This document shows, piece by piece, positions 10,319-21,420 of a stretch of DNA of 64,000 nucleotides (positions within the stretch are counted from its first letter, which is position 1; the number at the start of each line of letters is the position of its first letter). The notes below the pieces were generated by a model that did not search any database, had not been told where the DNA came from, and was given only the letters and a program-made list of their open reading frames with translations. The translations under genes and the position numbers were made by a program. The stretch is from Cyanophora paradoxa CCMP329 (taxonomy: Eukaryota; Plantae; Glaucophyta), in assembly GCA_004431415.1 (NCBI GenBank), contig QPMI01000534.1, positions 62,001 to 126,000 on the forward strand, in the 5' to 3' direction.

Positions 10319-13300
10319 CTAGTGGGCCGGCTTGCTCTGGGGGCCCGGGGAGAGAGGGGGGGGGGGGGGGGGGGGGGGCGGAGGGGGGGGGGGCGGAAGC
10401 GGGACGGCCAGCGGGCTCTGCTGCAGCGAATGCCGCCGCCGCCGCGCAAGGCCCCGCGAGGCCCGGGGCTAGGGAAGCCCCAGAGAGACCACGACCTGCC
10501 ATGGCCAGGCCCGTCAGCGGCGCGCCGGCAACGAGGCCGCGCAAGGGAGGGAGGGCCGGGGGGACCTGCAGGGAGCCGGAGTCGACGCCGACGGCGGCGG
10601 CGGCGAGGCGGATCCCGTCGCCAGCGCGCTCCGCGTCACCTGCGCCCGCGCAGCGCCGCGCGCCTCGGATCGCGCGGGCGCGCGCGCGGGCGCCCGGGCG
10701 CACCTTTACGTCGGGGCGGAGGGAGGAGAGCAGGGCGAACGAGGCGTGGTAGGAGCGCACCGCCGCCGCGCCCTGCATGCCGGGGGGTACACGTGAGACG
10801 ACAAGGGAGGGGAGGGGCCGGGGCCGGGGCTGGATCGAATTGTGAAGGGGCGCGCCTGGACGTTGATGGAGAGGTGGAGGCGGCGGACGGCGCGGGCGCG
10901 GGAGAGGTACACGGCGATGTCCTCCGGGCTCACGTTGCACGCCCGCCGCACCTGCCGGCGCGCTAATGTAAGAGGAAGGGCGGGCGGGCGGGCGGGCGGG
11001 ATAGGCTGCCTCGAGGGCCTCGAGGTGGGAGCAGTGCTCGGAGAGCCAGTGGGGGCCGGCCTCGGAGCCGTCCCCGCCGCCCTCGAGCGAGGCCCGCAGG
11101 CGGCGCAGGCGCGGGGCGCGCGCGAGCAGCTGGACGAGGTGGAAGGGCGTGCGCGAGGGGCCGCCCAGCGTCCGCGGGAGGCCGAGCCGCTCGAGGCGCG
11201 CCCGTGCCGCTCGCCCAGCGCCGCCAGGTCGACCGACGAGCCGTCGCAGCAGTGCAGCAGGACCCCTGCGCAGGCGGCGTGGGGCAGCGGCGGCGTCCGT
11301 CAGAGCTCGGGAGGAGCGGCGGCGGGGCCGGCGGGGCGGCGGGGGCGGGGGCGGACCCTCGCCCAGGTCGAGCTCGCGCAGGCGGCGCCGGCCGGCCCGC
11401 CGCCCGTCACGAACGCCGCGAGGTCGGCCCCCGCGACGGTGCCTGGCCCGTCACCACCAGCACCTGCGCAGCCGCCGCGAGCCCGTCAGAGCCGACGGGG
11501 CGGGGCGGGGCGGGCGGGCGGGCCTCGAGGAAGCCGGCGAGGGCGCGGAGGGCGCCGGATGCGAGGCGGCTGACGGCCGAGGCGGCGGAGGCGCCGGCGC
11601 CGGCGCCGGAGGCGGCCGGGGAGCAGAGGTGGAGGCGGAGCTCGGTGAGGGAGGGGAGGGAGCCGGAGCGGAGGGCGGCGAGGCGGCGGCGGGGCGACGG
11701 AGTCCTCGCGCAGGTGCAGCGCCGTGAGGCACGCGCCGTGCACCGAGGCCAGCGCCCGCACGTCCGTCAGCTCGGGCTCGCCCTCGGGCCGGGGGCGCCC
11801 AGCGCGCGGGCGGCGAGGGCGCGAGGAGGGGCGGCGCGGGGCGGCGGAGGAGGGCGTTGAGGTCGGGGAGGCGAGGCGGAGGCCGGCCCCTCCAGGTCGA
11901 CGCGGGCGAGGCACCGGAGCGAGGCTAGGAGCCGCCCCGCGTCCGCCGGCTCGAAGCCCGGCGCCAGCGGCGGCGAGCGGAGGCGCAGGTCGGACAGGGC
12001 GGGGCAGGCGAGGGCGACCGCCCGCAGGTCCTCGCTCGTCGCCGCCGCCCCGCTCAGCCGCCGCCTGCCGCGCCGCCAAGATGGGCGGGGGCGGGGCGGG
12101 GCGGGGCGGCGGGAGGGCGAGGGCACAGTTCGGGCCAGCGGCGGGCGGCGGCGAAGGTGCGCGTGAGGGCCGCCGCCGCGGCGACGGTCCTGCGGCCAGC
12201 TGCCTCAGCGGCGGGGCGCGGGGCGCGGGGCGCTGCGGGGCGGCGGGGGTACCGGGGGCCGGCCAGGTCGAGCCCCACGATCTCAAAGCTCTCGGCGCTG
12301 GGCGAGACCTCTGAAACTGCGCGTACCCCCCGTCAGGCCCCGGCCGGATCGGGCGCGGCGCCGCGGGCGGGCGGGCGGGCGGAAGGCGGAAGGCGGACCG
12401 CGGCGGCGAGGCCGCGGAGGGCGGCGGAGAGCGCGGGGCCCTCCCGCGCCACAAGCGACGCGTCCACCTCGACGCACACGCACGCCTGCGCCGGGTAAGG
12501 GGGGGGTACGGGGCGACGTGCGCGGGGGGGTACGGGGCACCCGCGGCATGGCGTCGTCGACGGCGGCGCGGAGGAAGGCGCACGTGCGCTCGAGCGAGAG
12601 CAGATCGACGAGCGGGAGCGAGGCCTGCGCCGCGGCGGCGTTCAGGGCGCCCCGGGAGGGCGGGGCGGGGCGGGGCGGGGCGGGGCGGGGCGGGGCGGGC
12701 CATGATGCGCTCGAGGAGGTCGGTGGGGAGCTGGAGGAGTCCGGAGCCCTCCTGCAGCGCCCCGGGCTGCGGGGCGGGCGGGCGGCTCGGAGAGCAGGCG
12801 GGGCGGGGCGGGCGGGGCGGGCGGGCGCACCGGACGTGGCGGCGGCGGGCGGGGTCGTGGAGGGGGCGAGGAGGTGAGTGCTGGACGAGGAGCGGAGCGG
12901 CGGCGCGGCTGCGGGACGCGTCGCGAGGGCGGCAGGGGGCGCGGGCGCGGGGACGCGGGGCGCTGCACCTGCCACGGGGCGGCCGAGCGGGGGAGGGCGC
13001 CGGGCCGTGCGGCGGCGGCGACGGGATCGGCGGCAGCGTGCCCGCCTTCCGCTGCGGCTGCGGGAGCGGCCGCGGCCTCCTCGGGCCGCCGAGCTCCGCC
13101 TCCATGCCGGCCAGCACGCGCTCTGCGCGGGCTCGTTCGTTCGTGGATGCGGCGACGGCGGCGGGCGGCGGCGAGGCGCACCGACGCTCGCGGCGCGGCT
13201 GACGGGCCGCTGCAGCGCAGAGCCGGTCTTCGGCCGCGGGCCCGCCCCGCCCATCGTGGCCGACCGCGGCCGCAGGCTGCCCGCTGCTGCGCTGGCGCTG

Positions 13301-13458
13301 GGCGCGGCAGCTGCGCCGCTGGGACCTCGGCTGGTCGTCCTCGGCGCCGCAGGCGAGAGCTTGGAGACGATGGAGATGACCTGCTCGGATGCGGGCGACT
13401 CCTGGGTCGCCCTGGGGAGCACCCGCTCGCCTTTCGCCGAGCGGAAGTGGAAGGCCAT
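10319..13458 (-). CDS. F-box / RNI-like LRR protein (full-length source of the two truncated copies)
   Basis: Starts MAFHFRSAK, then a low-complexity N-terminus. The F-box LLQLPTDLLERIM|ASLPLVDLLSLERTCAFLRAAV is split by a GC-AG intron. LRR-like segments follow (ACPALSDLRL, LPSLTELRLHL, RLRELDLG). C-terminal frame obscured by G/C homopolymers. Confidence 0.8.
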
Positions 13459-13757
13459 CTTGCCGACAAGCTGGATCTTCCTAGTGCCGAAAGCTGCGCT
13501 CGGGGCGCCGGAGCGCCCGGCACTCTGCCGGCCTCGCTCTGCTTAGCTACGGACCGAGGAGCAGCGGGGGGAAGACTAGCCCGAGCCGCTAGACTCAGAA
13601 TGAGCACTAGTACTCGAGCATTCCAGCGTCTGCAGGCGACCGCTAGGCGACGATTTCGAGCATCAGTTGGGGGTACGCTTCTCAATTGCACTCGCACTCG
13701 TACCCATAGGCGGGGGAAAATGTACATGCATATGTGCAATATTAATTTTGCAAAAGC

Positions 13758-13955
13758 TTTTTTTTTGTGAATTACCGGCCACAGCCTCTAGTCTACTCCA
13801 GCACTGTGGGGGCGTATACAGGCAAGGTGGGGCATGATCGATCGGAATTATGTGGAACGGGCGGGATTCGAAGGCGTGATTCTCATCGCAGGGCGATTCG
13901 AACACGGAAGGCATGAAATGAAAAGCGTGTATGATAACCGAACACGGAAGGCATG
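13758..13955 (-). mobile_element. Short non-LTR retroposon (SINE-like or 5'-truncated) with poly(A) and 14-bp TSD
   Basis: T9 at 13758-13766; TSD AATTTTGCAAAAGC at 13744-13757 and 13956-13969. Its ~50-nt 3' tail is shared with the neighbouring element. Internal repeat CGAACACGGAAGGCATGAA x2. Confidence 0.85.
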
Positions 13956-13990
13956 AATTTTGCAAAAGCAATTGCAAGCCGCAATTGCAA

Positions 13991-15464
13991 TTTTTTTTTT
14001 TGGTAAATTACCGGCCACAGTCTCTAGACACCAGCACTGCGGGGGCTGCCCAGCTAGGGGGCATAAAGACAAAAAAGCAAAATAACTAAGACAAGAGCAC
14101 GAAGAAAGATAAGACAAAGAGCCAAAATCGACAATAAAAAAGAAAAGACACGGAGCTCGAGACAGATCGAGAAGAGACGAGAAATCGAGCAGATCTAGGG
14201 ACAGAGGATGACTGACACGAAGAAGAGCCAGAGCTAGAGATACCATCAATATCGGAAGGAATTACATCACTAAGAAGCGGAGGACAAATTTGAGAAAGAT
14301 AAATAACAGGAAGCAGACAAGTAAGAGGAACAACAAGACGACGCGGAGGCGGAGGCGAAGCAGGACGACGCGAAAGGGCAGAGCTACGGCACGAGGTCGA
14401 GGAGGACACAGGAGGCGGAGCAGGCGGATCAAGAGCAGGCAAAAGGACAGTCAAAGGAATCACTAAAGCCGGCCGGGTCGAGGCGGGCAGTCGAACTGCA
14501 AACGACGGCGAACAACAGGTCGAGCACGAGGACTATAGCTAGTATTGAAACTAACTCTAGCATCAACACTACGATCAGAATCCGAACTAGACCGAACTAA
14601 ACTATAAGACGAAGTACGCCGGCGCCGGCGGGATACGACCAGCGAAGCAGAAGACGAAGGCAAAGGCGGCGGTCCGGTATCAAGAACAAAGGCCGGAGGG
14701 TCCGGCCCGGCAAACCGCCGGAGGGAAGTAGAAGGAGACGCAGGCACGGCAAGCCGGCGACGGGTACGACCACGAGTCCGCGGGGGAGGCATAGTCGAGT
14801 GGATAAGGTGTCGGCCTTACTGCTCAGAGGACCCCGGTTCGAATCCGGACCGGAACTACCGAACCCGCTTCAAATCCCGGAGGAACCCCGACCTCGGGGC
14901 CCCGCAAGGGGTACCGAGCTCCTGGTCCCAACACGGCCAAGCATAGGAGCCATCAAGCAAGCAACTAGGACCGTGCAACTGGGTACATCATGCCGAAGAC
15001 TCACGACTGTGGACACACGCATCTTCAGCTGCGGCCCCATTGGAGGCTCCGGAGGATTATGTCTGAAGGGTACAATCAGCTCTGGGAGAACTGGCTCGGC
15101 AAGACCGGACACATAGTTAGTTGGACTACGACGTACCCGCTCACAGTAGTAGAGTAGCCCTCGTGCCGGTGGATGTGACGGACGGTGGGGTGGTGTGCAT
15201 GTAAGGAATGACACCACAAACTTCAAAAAAAGGGTACGACCACGAGTCCGGGAGGAGATCGGGGAAGCCGGTCCCGGAGCTGAGGGCCCAGGAGCAGAGC
15301 CAGGAGATCTAGAAGGTAAGCCCGGCGAGAAATCTGACCCGGAGCCGGAACCCAGCGAACGACGACGACGAAGAGGCCCCCGAGGAGCCACGACGGGGGA
15401 GCTACCGAGCAAAGTACTGACAGCCGGCGCCGAACACGGTGGCGGAGGTACCCCGCAGACAGTG
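13991..15464 (-). mobile_element. 5'-truncated LINE-like retroelement with poly(A) and 17-bp TSD, interrupted by a SINE
   Basis: T11 at 13991-14001; TSD GCAAGCCGCAATTGCAA at 13974-13990 and 15465-15481. Pro/Ser/Arg-rich ORF remnant ends at 14463, followed by a pyrimidine-rich 3' UTR. No RT domain is retained, so LINE origin is inferred. Confidence 0.85.
14781..15231 (+). mobile_element. tRNA-derived SINE (tRNA-Arg-like head) with 3' stem-loop, A7 tail and 19-bp TSD
   Basis: A-box TAGTCGAGTGG (14792-14802) and B-box GGTTCGAATCC (14836-14846). TSD GGGTACGACCACGAGTCCG at 14762-14780 and 15232-15250; A7 at 15225-15231. Removing the insert plus one TSD (470 nt) restores the host ORF frame. Confidence 0.9.
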
Positions 15465-15653
15465 GCAAGCCGCAATTGCAAGCGAGTTGAACGCGGTACA
15501 TGTACGTATACAGGCCTAGGGCCACTACGCATACAGGCGTGCGCGCATACAGGATCGAAACCCCGCCTCCGGCTAGCTGTGGCAAGCTTGCTATTAATTG
15601 AGCTGAAGCTTTTAATTATAAGATCCCTAGCTAACTATATAATCAACATTAGA

Positions 15654-15719
15654 TCCGTCACATTAGATCTAGACATGTCATGATCGGTCCGTCACATTAG
15701 ATCTAGACATGTCATGATC
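15654..15719. repeat. Two-copy 34-bp-period tandem repeat TCCGTCACATTAGATCTAGACATGTCATGATC
   Basis: Units 15654-15685 and 15688-15719, built of overlapping palindromes; absent from the right arm. Confidence 0.9.
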
Positions 15720-15847
15720 ATAAGCTACGCATAAGTACACATACGTATGCGTACAAATGGCAATTACAAGCTTGCCAATTTATGATGAAGTTCAAAATAA
15801 GCTGAGCGGATAAAATTCATAACAAGCTGAGCACGTGCACTTCATGC

Positions 15848-18800
15848 TCACAAGCCCGCGGCCCTGCGCGCGCCCTGGAGCGCCGCGCGGGCGGCCCTGG
15901 CGTCGGGGTGGTCCGCCCCCGAGACGCGCTCCAGCACCGCCAGCGCCTCCTGCGGCGAGGGCCGCTCGCGCCCCCCGCCTCGCGCCCCCGAGCGCCGGCG
16001 GCGGCGCACCTCGTACAGGGAGCGCGCCGCCGCGCGGTCGCCCTGGGCGGCCCGCAGGTCCGCCAGCCCCAGCACCGCCTTCGCCGTCTCGGGGTGCTCC
16101 CCCCCGAACGACGCCCCGTACACCCGCAGCGCCTCCTGCGCGCCCCGGCCCCGGACCGTCGGACGTCGGGGTCGATATCGCGCGTTTTCGCGCTCGACTC
16201 GGTGATGGGAATCCGAGCCGCTAGCGCTGCGTCGCGGCGGGGACGGTCGATCTGACCTTCAGCAATCGCTCGGCGGCGTCGAAGTCGCCGCGCGCGCGGT
16301 GCAGGTGCCCGAGGCTCCGCATCGTCTCCGCCGTGTCGGGGTGGTCCGGCCCCAGCACGCTCAGCCGCACCCGCAGCGCCTCCTGCATTCGCGGCGCGCG
16401 GGCGGCGTCGGCCCGGCGGCGCGAGGGGCGGCCTGCGGCGGGGGCGGGCACGTGGTAGAGGGCCGCGGCGGTGGGGAGGTCGCCCTGGAGGCGGTGCAGC
16501 GTCGCGAGGTTCTCCGTCGCGTTCGCCGTGCTCGCGTGCTCCGCCCCGCACACCTTCCGGTAGACCCGCAGCGACTCCTGCCACCGCGCCCCGCCCCGGC
16601 GCGATCAGCCGGCGGCGCGGATGCCGGGGGCGGGCCAGGGCGAGCGGGGGCGGGGCGCGGCGCGCCTCGAAGAGGGGCCGGGCGGGCCGCGCTCGTCGTG
16701 CTCCATGAGGAGGAAGGCGAGGTTCTGGATGGCGTTGGCCGTCTCCGCGTGCTCCAGGCCGAACGTGGCCGTGTTGATCCGTATCGCCTCCTGCGCGAAC
16801 GCGACGCTGTGAGGGCGCCTGCTGTCGAGCTCGGCTCTCGCCGCGGGGCCGGGGGCGGGCCTCGTAGAGGGGCCGGGCGGCGGCGTAGTCGCCCTGCGCG
16901 GAGAGGAGGTTCGCGAGGTTCTGCACCGCGGCGCCCGTGTTGGCGTGCTCGGCGCCCAGCCTCGCCCTCCGGATCCGCAGCGCCTCCTGCGCTCGCGGCG
17001 GCGGCGGCGCGATCGCGAGGCGTCGCGGCGGGCGCGGCGGCGACGGCGGGGGCGGCGGGCGCACCTCGTAGCGGGGCCTGGCGGCGGCGTAGTCGCCGAG
17101 CGCCTCGTCGACGGTGGCGAGGTTCTCGAGCGCGGTCGCCGTGTTCGGGTGCTCCTTGCCGTAGGACGCCGTGTACACCCGCAGCGCCTCCTGCCGCCGT
17201 TTCGGGGACCGATCAGCCACGCACGCGCGAGAGCCCGAGCGAGTCGTGGGCGAGAGCAACGTGTTCTTAAGCTTGTCCATGCCATCCCCGCCCGGGCTAC
17301 CGCGTTTCGCGTTGAAGGGGGCGGTCTCACCTCGAAGAGGGCTTTCGCGGCGTCGAAGTCCCCGAGCTTCCTCAGCACCTCGCCCAGACTCTCGACGGTG
17401 AAGGCCGTCGAGGGGTGCTCCCCGCCCAGCGTCCGTCGGTTGATCCGGAGCACCTCCTGCGCACCGCGCAGCGCGACGTGCGGCAGCGGAGTCATGGTGA
17501 TGTCTCACACGCAACTTAATGAAAGCGAAATGGACTCTCTTTGCGCGTCGGGGGCGCGCTGGGGGCGCGGGGGCGGGGCGGGGCGGGGGCGGACCTCGAA
17601 GAGCGAGCGCGCGGCGCGGAGGTCGCCCTCGTCTCTGTGGAGGGCGGCCAGGTGCTGCATCGTTAACGCCGTGCTCGGGTGCTCCGGCCCCAGCTCCCGC
17701 GACGCCTGCCGCATCCGCAGCGCCTCCTGCCAGAGCCGACCGGTGACACAGATCAGCACGCGCGAGGCGCGAAGCTCTCTTCGAATTCGCTTCTTATAAG
17801 TAGCACTCGTTTCGCTTCGCACGTGCGCAGACGAGGGCGCGGGGGCAGACCTCGAGGAGAGGCCGAGCGGCCGCGAAGTTGCAGCGCTCTGTGTGGAGGA
17901 TTGCGAGGTTCTGCAGCGTCATCGCCACGTCGTCGTGCTCGGGGGGCAGCAGCGCCCTACGGATCCGCAGGGCTCGCTGCGCGCGGCGTGGTCGCGAAGG
18001 CGGGCCGCCAGGCGCCGGCGCCGGGCGGCGGGCGGCGGCCGCGGGCGGGGCGGACCTCGAAGTAGGGGAGGGCGGCCTCGTAGTGGCCCTCTGCCTTGTG
18101 CAGGATGGCGACGCTCTGCATCGCCGCCGCCGTCGCCAGGTGCTCCGCCCCGTGCCGCGCCTCGCACAGCTGCAGCGCAGCCTGCGCGCCGGAGGTCAGG
18201 AGGCGTAAAAAGCGCTGCAGCTGTTTATCAGAAACGGATCTTGTATACGTAATCTGATTAAGTTCGCGGCCAGCGTGCCGGGCTGGACGCCGGCCCGACG
18301 CCGGGGGCGGGGCGGGGACCTGGTGGAAGCGGATGGCGTCGGCGTTGAAGTTCATGTCGCCGAGGAGGCCCCGGCGCGCCGCAGCTCCTCGAGGCTCGCC
18401 TCCGCGCCGCCGAGGCCCAGCGCGGCCGCGTAGCGCCCCGCCGCCTCCCCCGCCCGCCCGCTCTTCAGCCAGAGGCCGGCCATCTCGAAGCGCTCCACGC
18501 GCCGCAGCACGTCGCCCTCGCTCAGCAGCGCTGCGAGCCGCTCGCTCGCGGCCGGCCCCGCGCGGGCGAGCGCCCACGGGGCCTCGTCCGCGCGCCGCTG
18601 CGACGGCGGCTGCGTCGCAAAGAAGGCGCCGAGGCGATCGTGCGTCTCGCGCCGCGCCGCGCTCGCCTCGCCCGCCAGGCCAAACTCGCTCTCGGCCGCC
18701 TGCGCCCCCCGGCCCGCCTTCGGTCACCGGTGGCCAGCTACACGCGTACGGCGCAACCGAGTAATTTTAATTTATGATCGATGTCGGCCGAGAAAATTAT

Positions 18801-21420
18801 TTCATGTGCACTGCCGTGCGCGAGTGGCGCCGGCGCACCTCGGCGGCGCAGCGGTGGAAGAAGGTGTAGAGGCCATCTGGGCGCCGCCGACGGTGATCAA
18901 CTCGCGCCCGATCTACATTCAACAGGCAATCCAAGATTGCGCGCACCGCGGCACACGAGCAACGTGAGCAGGTTGAACCACAGCGACGACCACGTCAGCT
19001 GCCGCGAAAAGAGTTGAATTGAATACCGGCCCGCCGCGAAACAGCGCGAAACGGCGGGGGGCGGGGCGGGGGCACCTCCTCGGGCCCGTCGGGGGCGGCG
19101 ACGCGGAGGAAGGCGGCGAGCTCGCTCTCGGCCATCCCGTGGCGCGCGCAGACGAGCGCGGCGGCGGCGTCGCGGACGAGGGGCCGCCAGTAGCGCGCGG
19201 CGAGGCGCTGGAGGAGGCGGGCGAAGAGGGCGCGGGGCTCGCCGCACGCGAGCAGCTCGTCGATGTCGGCGTCGAGGTTCGCGTGGACGGAGGCGCTCGA
19301 GAGCTCCTCGAGGAGGACGGTGAGGAAGAGCGCGTTGCCGCTCGGCGCCGCCCGCACGATGCGGTCGCTGTGCTCGCGCGAGAGGGCCCGCCCCTGCTCC
19401 TTCAGCACGCCCTCGAGCACGAGCCGCCGCCGGCCCTCCTCCAGCGGCCGCACCTCCACCTCCACGCACGCCCGCCCCTCGCCCCTCGCCGCCTCCAGCC
19501 GCGGCCCTGGCCGGCCGCGTCACGGGCGCCGGCGGGGCGCGGGCGCGGCGCGGGCGGCGGGAACGCACCGGGGAGGGTGGAGAGGAGGAGGCGGAGGCGG
19601 GGCCCGGCGGCGGGGGGCAGCCAGGCGAGGCCGACGGCGGCGGCGTCGCCCTGCAGCTGGTCGAGGGCGTCCAGCACGAGCACGAGCCGCCCGGGCCACT
19701 CGCGGGCGCCCCTCGCCAGGAACGCCACGAGCCGCGTCGCCACCGCCGCGTCGTCCCCGCTCGTCTCGATCCCCTCCACGCCCGCCCAGCGCGCCGTCAC
19801 CTCCTCGCTCACCCGCCTGCGCGCCCCGCCGGCGGCCCATGGTCGGGTCAGACCCGAAGGCGGCGTCGGGCGGGCAGGGGGCGGACCGGGCGATGGAGGG
19901 GAGGAAGGAGCTGCTGTGGGAGCCGCCGATGAAGTGCACGACGGTCAGGTCGTCGGGGTGGCCCGCCGCCCAGTCCCGCGCCCAGTTTGCAAGCAGCGCT
20001 GCCCCGGCCCCGCGCCCGTCACGGCGCGGCCGGGCCTCGGGGACGGAACTCCGAGGAGCGGAGAGATTGCTCGGGGCGGGGGGCGCGGACCGCTCTTGCC
20101 GCAGCCGCCGTGGCCGTGGAGGAGGAGGAGCTCGGGCCCCGAGGCGGCGGCGTACGAGCCGAGGGCCCGCGCGTCCTCCGGGTCCCGCACGAAGACGCGC
20201 TGCCGCAGGGCCGCGAAGGCGGCGTGGCTGAGGCGCTCCCCGTCCAGCCACGACTGCGGCCCCCGCACGGGGTAGTCCCGCACGATCCTCTGCCGGCCCC
20301 GCCCGCCCCCGCCCGCCCGATCGGAGGGCGGCCGGGCGCGCGGGGGCGGGGCGGGCGCACGGCTTCGAGGGCGTCGCGGAGGGCGTGCGCGAGGGGCTCC
20401 GCGGCCTCGAACTCGGCGACGGGGAGCCCCGTGCGCCTGATCTCCTCCTTCAGGGCTTCCAGACGGCTCGCCGCGTACGGCCCCTCGCCGCCGCCCGCCG
20501 CGCCGGCCGCCTCCCGCCGCATCAGCTCGGCCCCCGCGAAGTAGAAGAGGGTGTTCGCCCGCGTCTTGGGGTCCTGGCGAGCGGTCGGCCGCGAGGGGCG
20601 GGGCGGGGGCGGGGCGGGGGCGGACGTCGCGCTTGAGGAGGACGCCCTCGAGGATCTCCATCTCCGTCACCGACCGGTCCTCCCACGCCCCCAGCCACGG
20701 GAAGTCCTCCTTCGCGATCTCCAGATTCCTGCCCCGCCCCCGCGCGCCACGCAGCGAAATGCCCCAGTCAGGTTACAAATAGCAGCAATCAACCCCAAGC
20801 TGGCAGGCCTAGCTATAACTAGTACTAGAGCTTTAGATGCATACCTGCGAAGCTTTTTGTTACTGTCGTCGTCACTACCCGCGTTCGGTCTGATGTGCCA
20901 GCCGTAACGATTTTTAAGCTGCGCATACGCAGAACCTCGGGGCGTTGCACTGTATACGTAGCTGGTCGCAAAGTCAAGGCGCGCAGATGCGCACATGCGC
21001 ACCAGGCCGACGAAGTACGAAGCACGCCGCACTTCTCGCAACGTGAGTTGGATCATTTGCCCTTCCGCGCAGCTGTCGTCTGTGATCCCCCACCTGCGGG
21101 CATGCATGCACAGCATTGGGCCATGCATATGGTGTCGTGCGCATGATCGTGATGCTCGTTCGGCAGGCGCTACGCGTATACTCGCCTGAGGTCCGTGGCG
21201 TGAAAAAAGAGGCCGCGCTCCGCGCACATTGCTTTCAGCTTGGGCGACGTGGTGTTGCGTATTGCATCGCGCTCGTTGTGCATATCATCTGAGGCGCTTT
21301 ACGCGTTCAAGGCCGGTATACGTGACATCGCCGTTGAATCATCGCATGCGCAGGCGCACCGAAAGTGGATGCGATGAAGACGCGCACTGCGCGGTCATAG
21401 TTTTCGGATGATGCATGCAT
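15848..21420 (-). CDS. NPHP3/TTC41-like STAND protein A: DUF4062 (TIR-like) - NACHT/AAA NTPase - TPR array
   Basis: MHASSENYDRAVRVFIASTF|DDMHNERDAIR...DLR|WGIT...EVRRASYFVGL|LKNRYGW...RSVTEMEI. Walker A HGHGGCGKS; Walker B LVLVLDALDQL; 42-aa kinesin-light-chain-type TPRs. One G-run frameshift near 18370, probably an assembly error. Confidence 0.85.

Larger units (their letters stand above)
3995..11975. repeat. Tandem segmental duplication, two ~3.99-kb units (3995-7975 and 7976-11975)
   Basis: Near-identical sequence offset by ~3981-4000 nt. The junction at 7976-7984 is a 9-bp microhomology GCGGCGGCG shared with 3995-4003 and 11967-11975. Confidence 0.95.

Noticed and set aside
13767-13812. 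HDV-like ribozyme or pseudoknot in the retroposon tail
   Set aside because: The second pairing (UGCUGG/CCGGUA) would need zero-length loops and no catalytic core is evident; a simple stem-loop suffices.
14784-14857. Functional tRNA gene
   Set aside because: Acceptor and anticodon stems do not pair, and it is the head of a TSD-flanked, A-tailed insertion.
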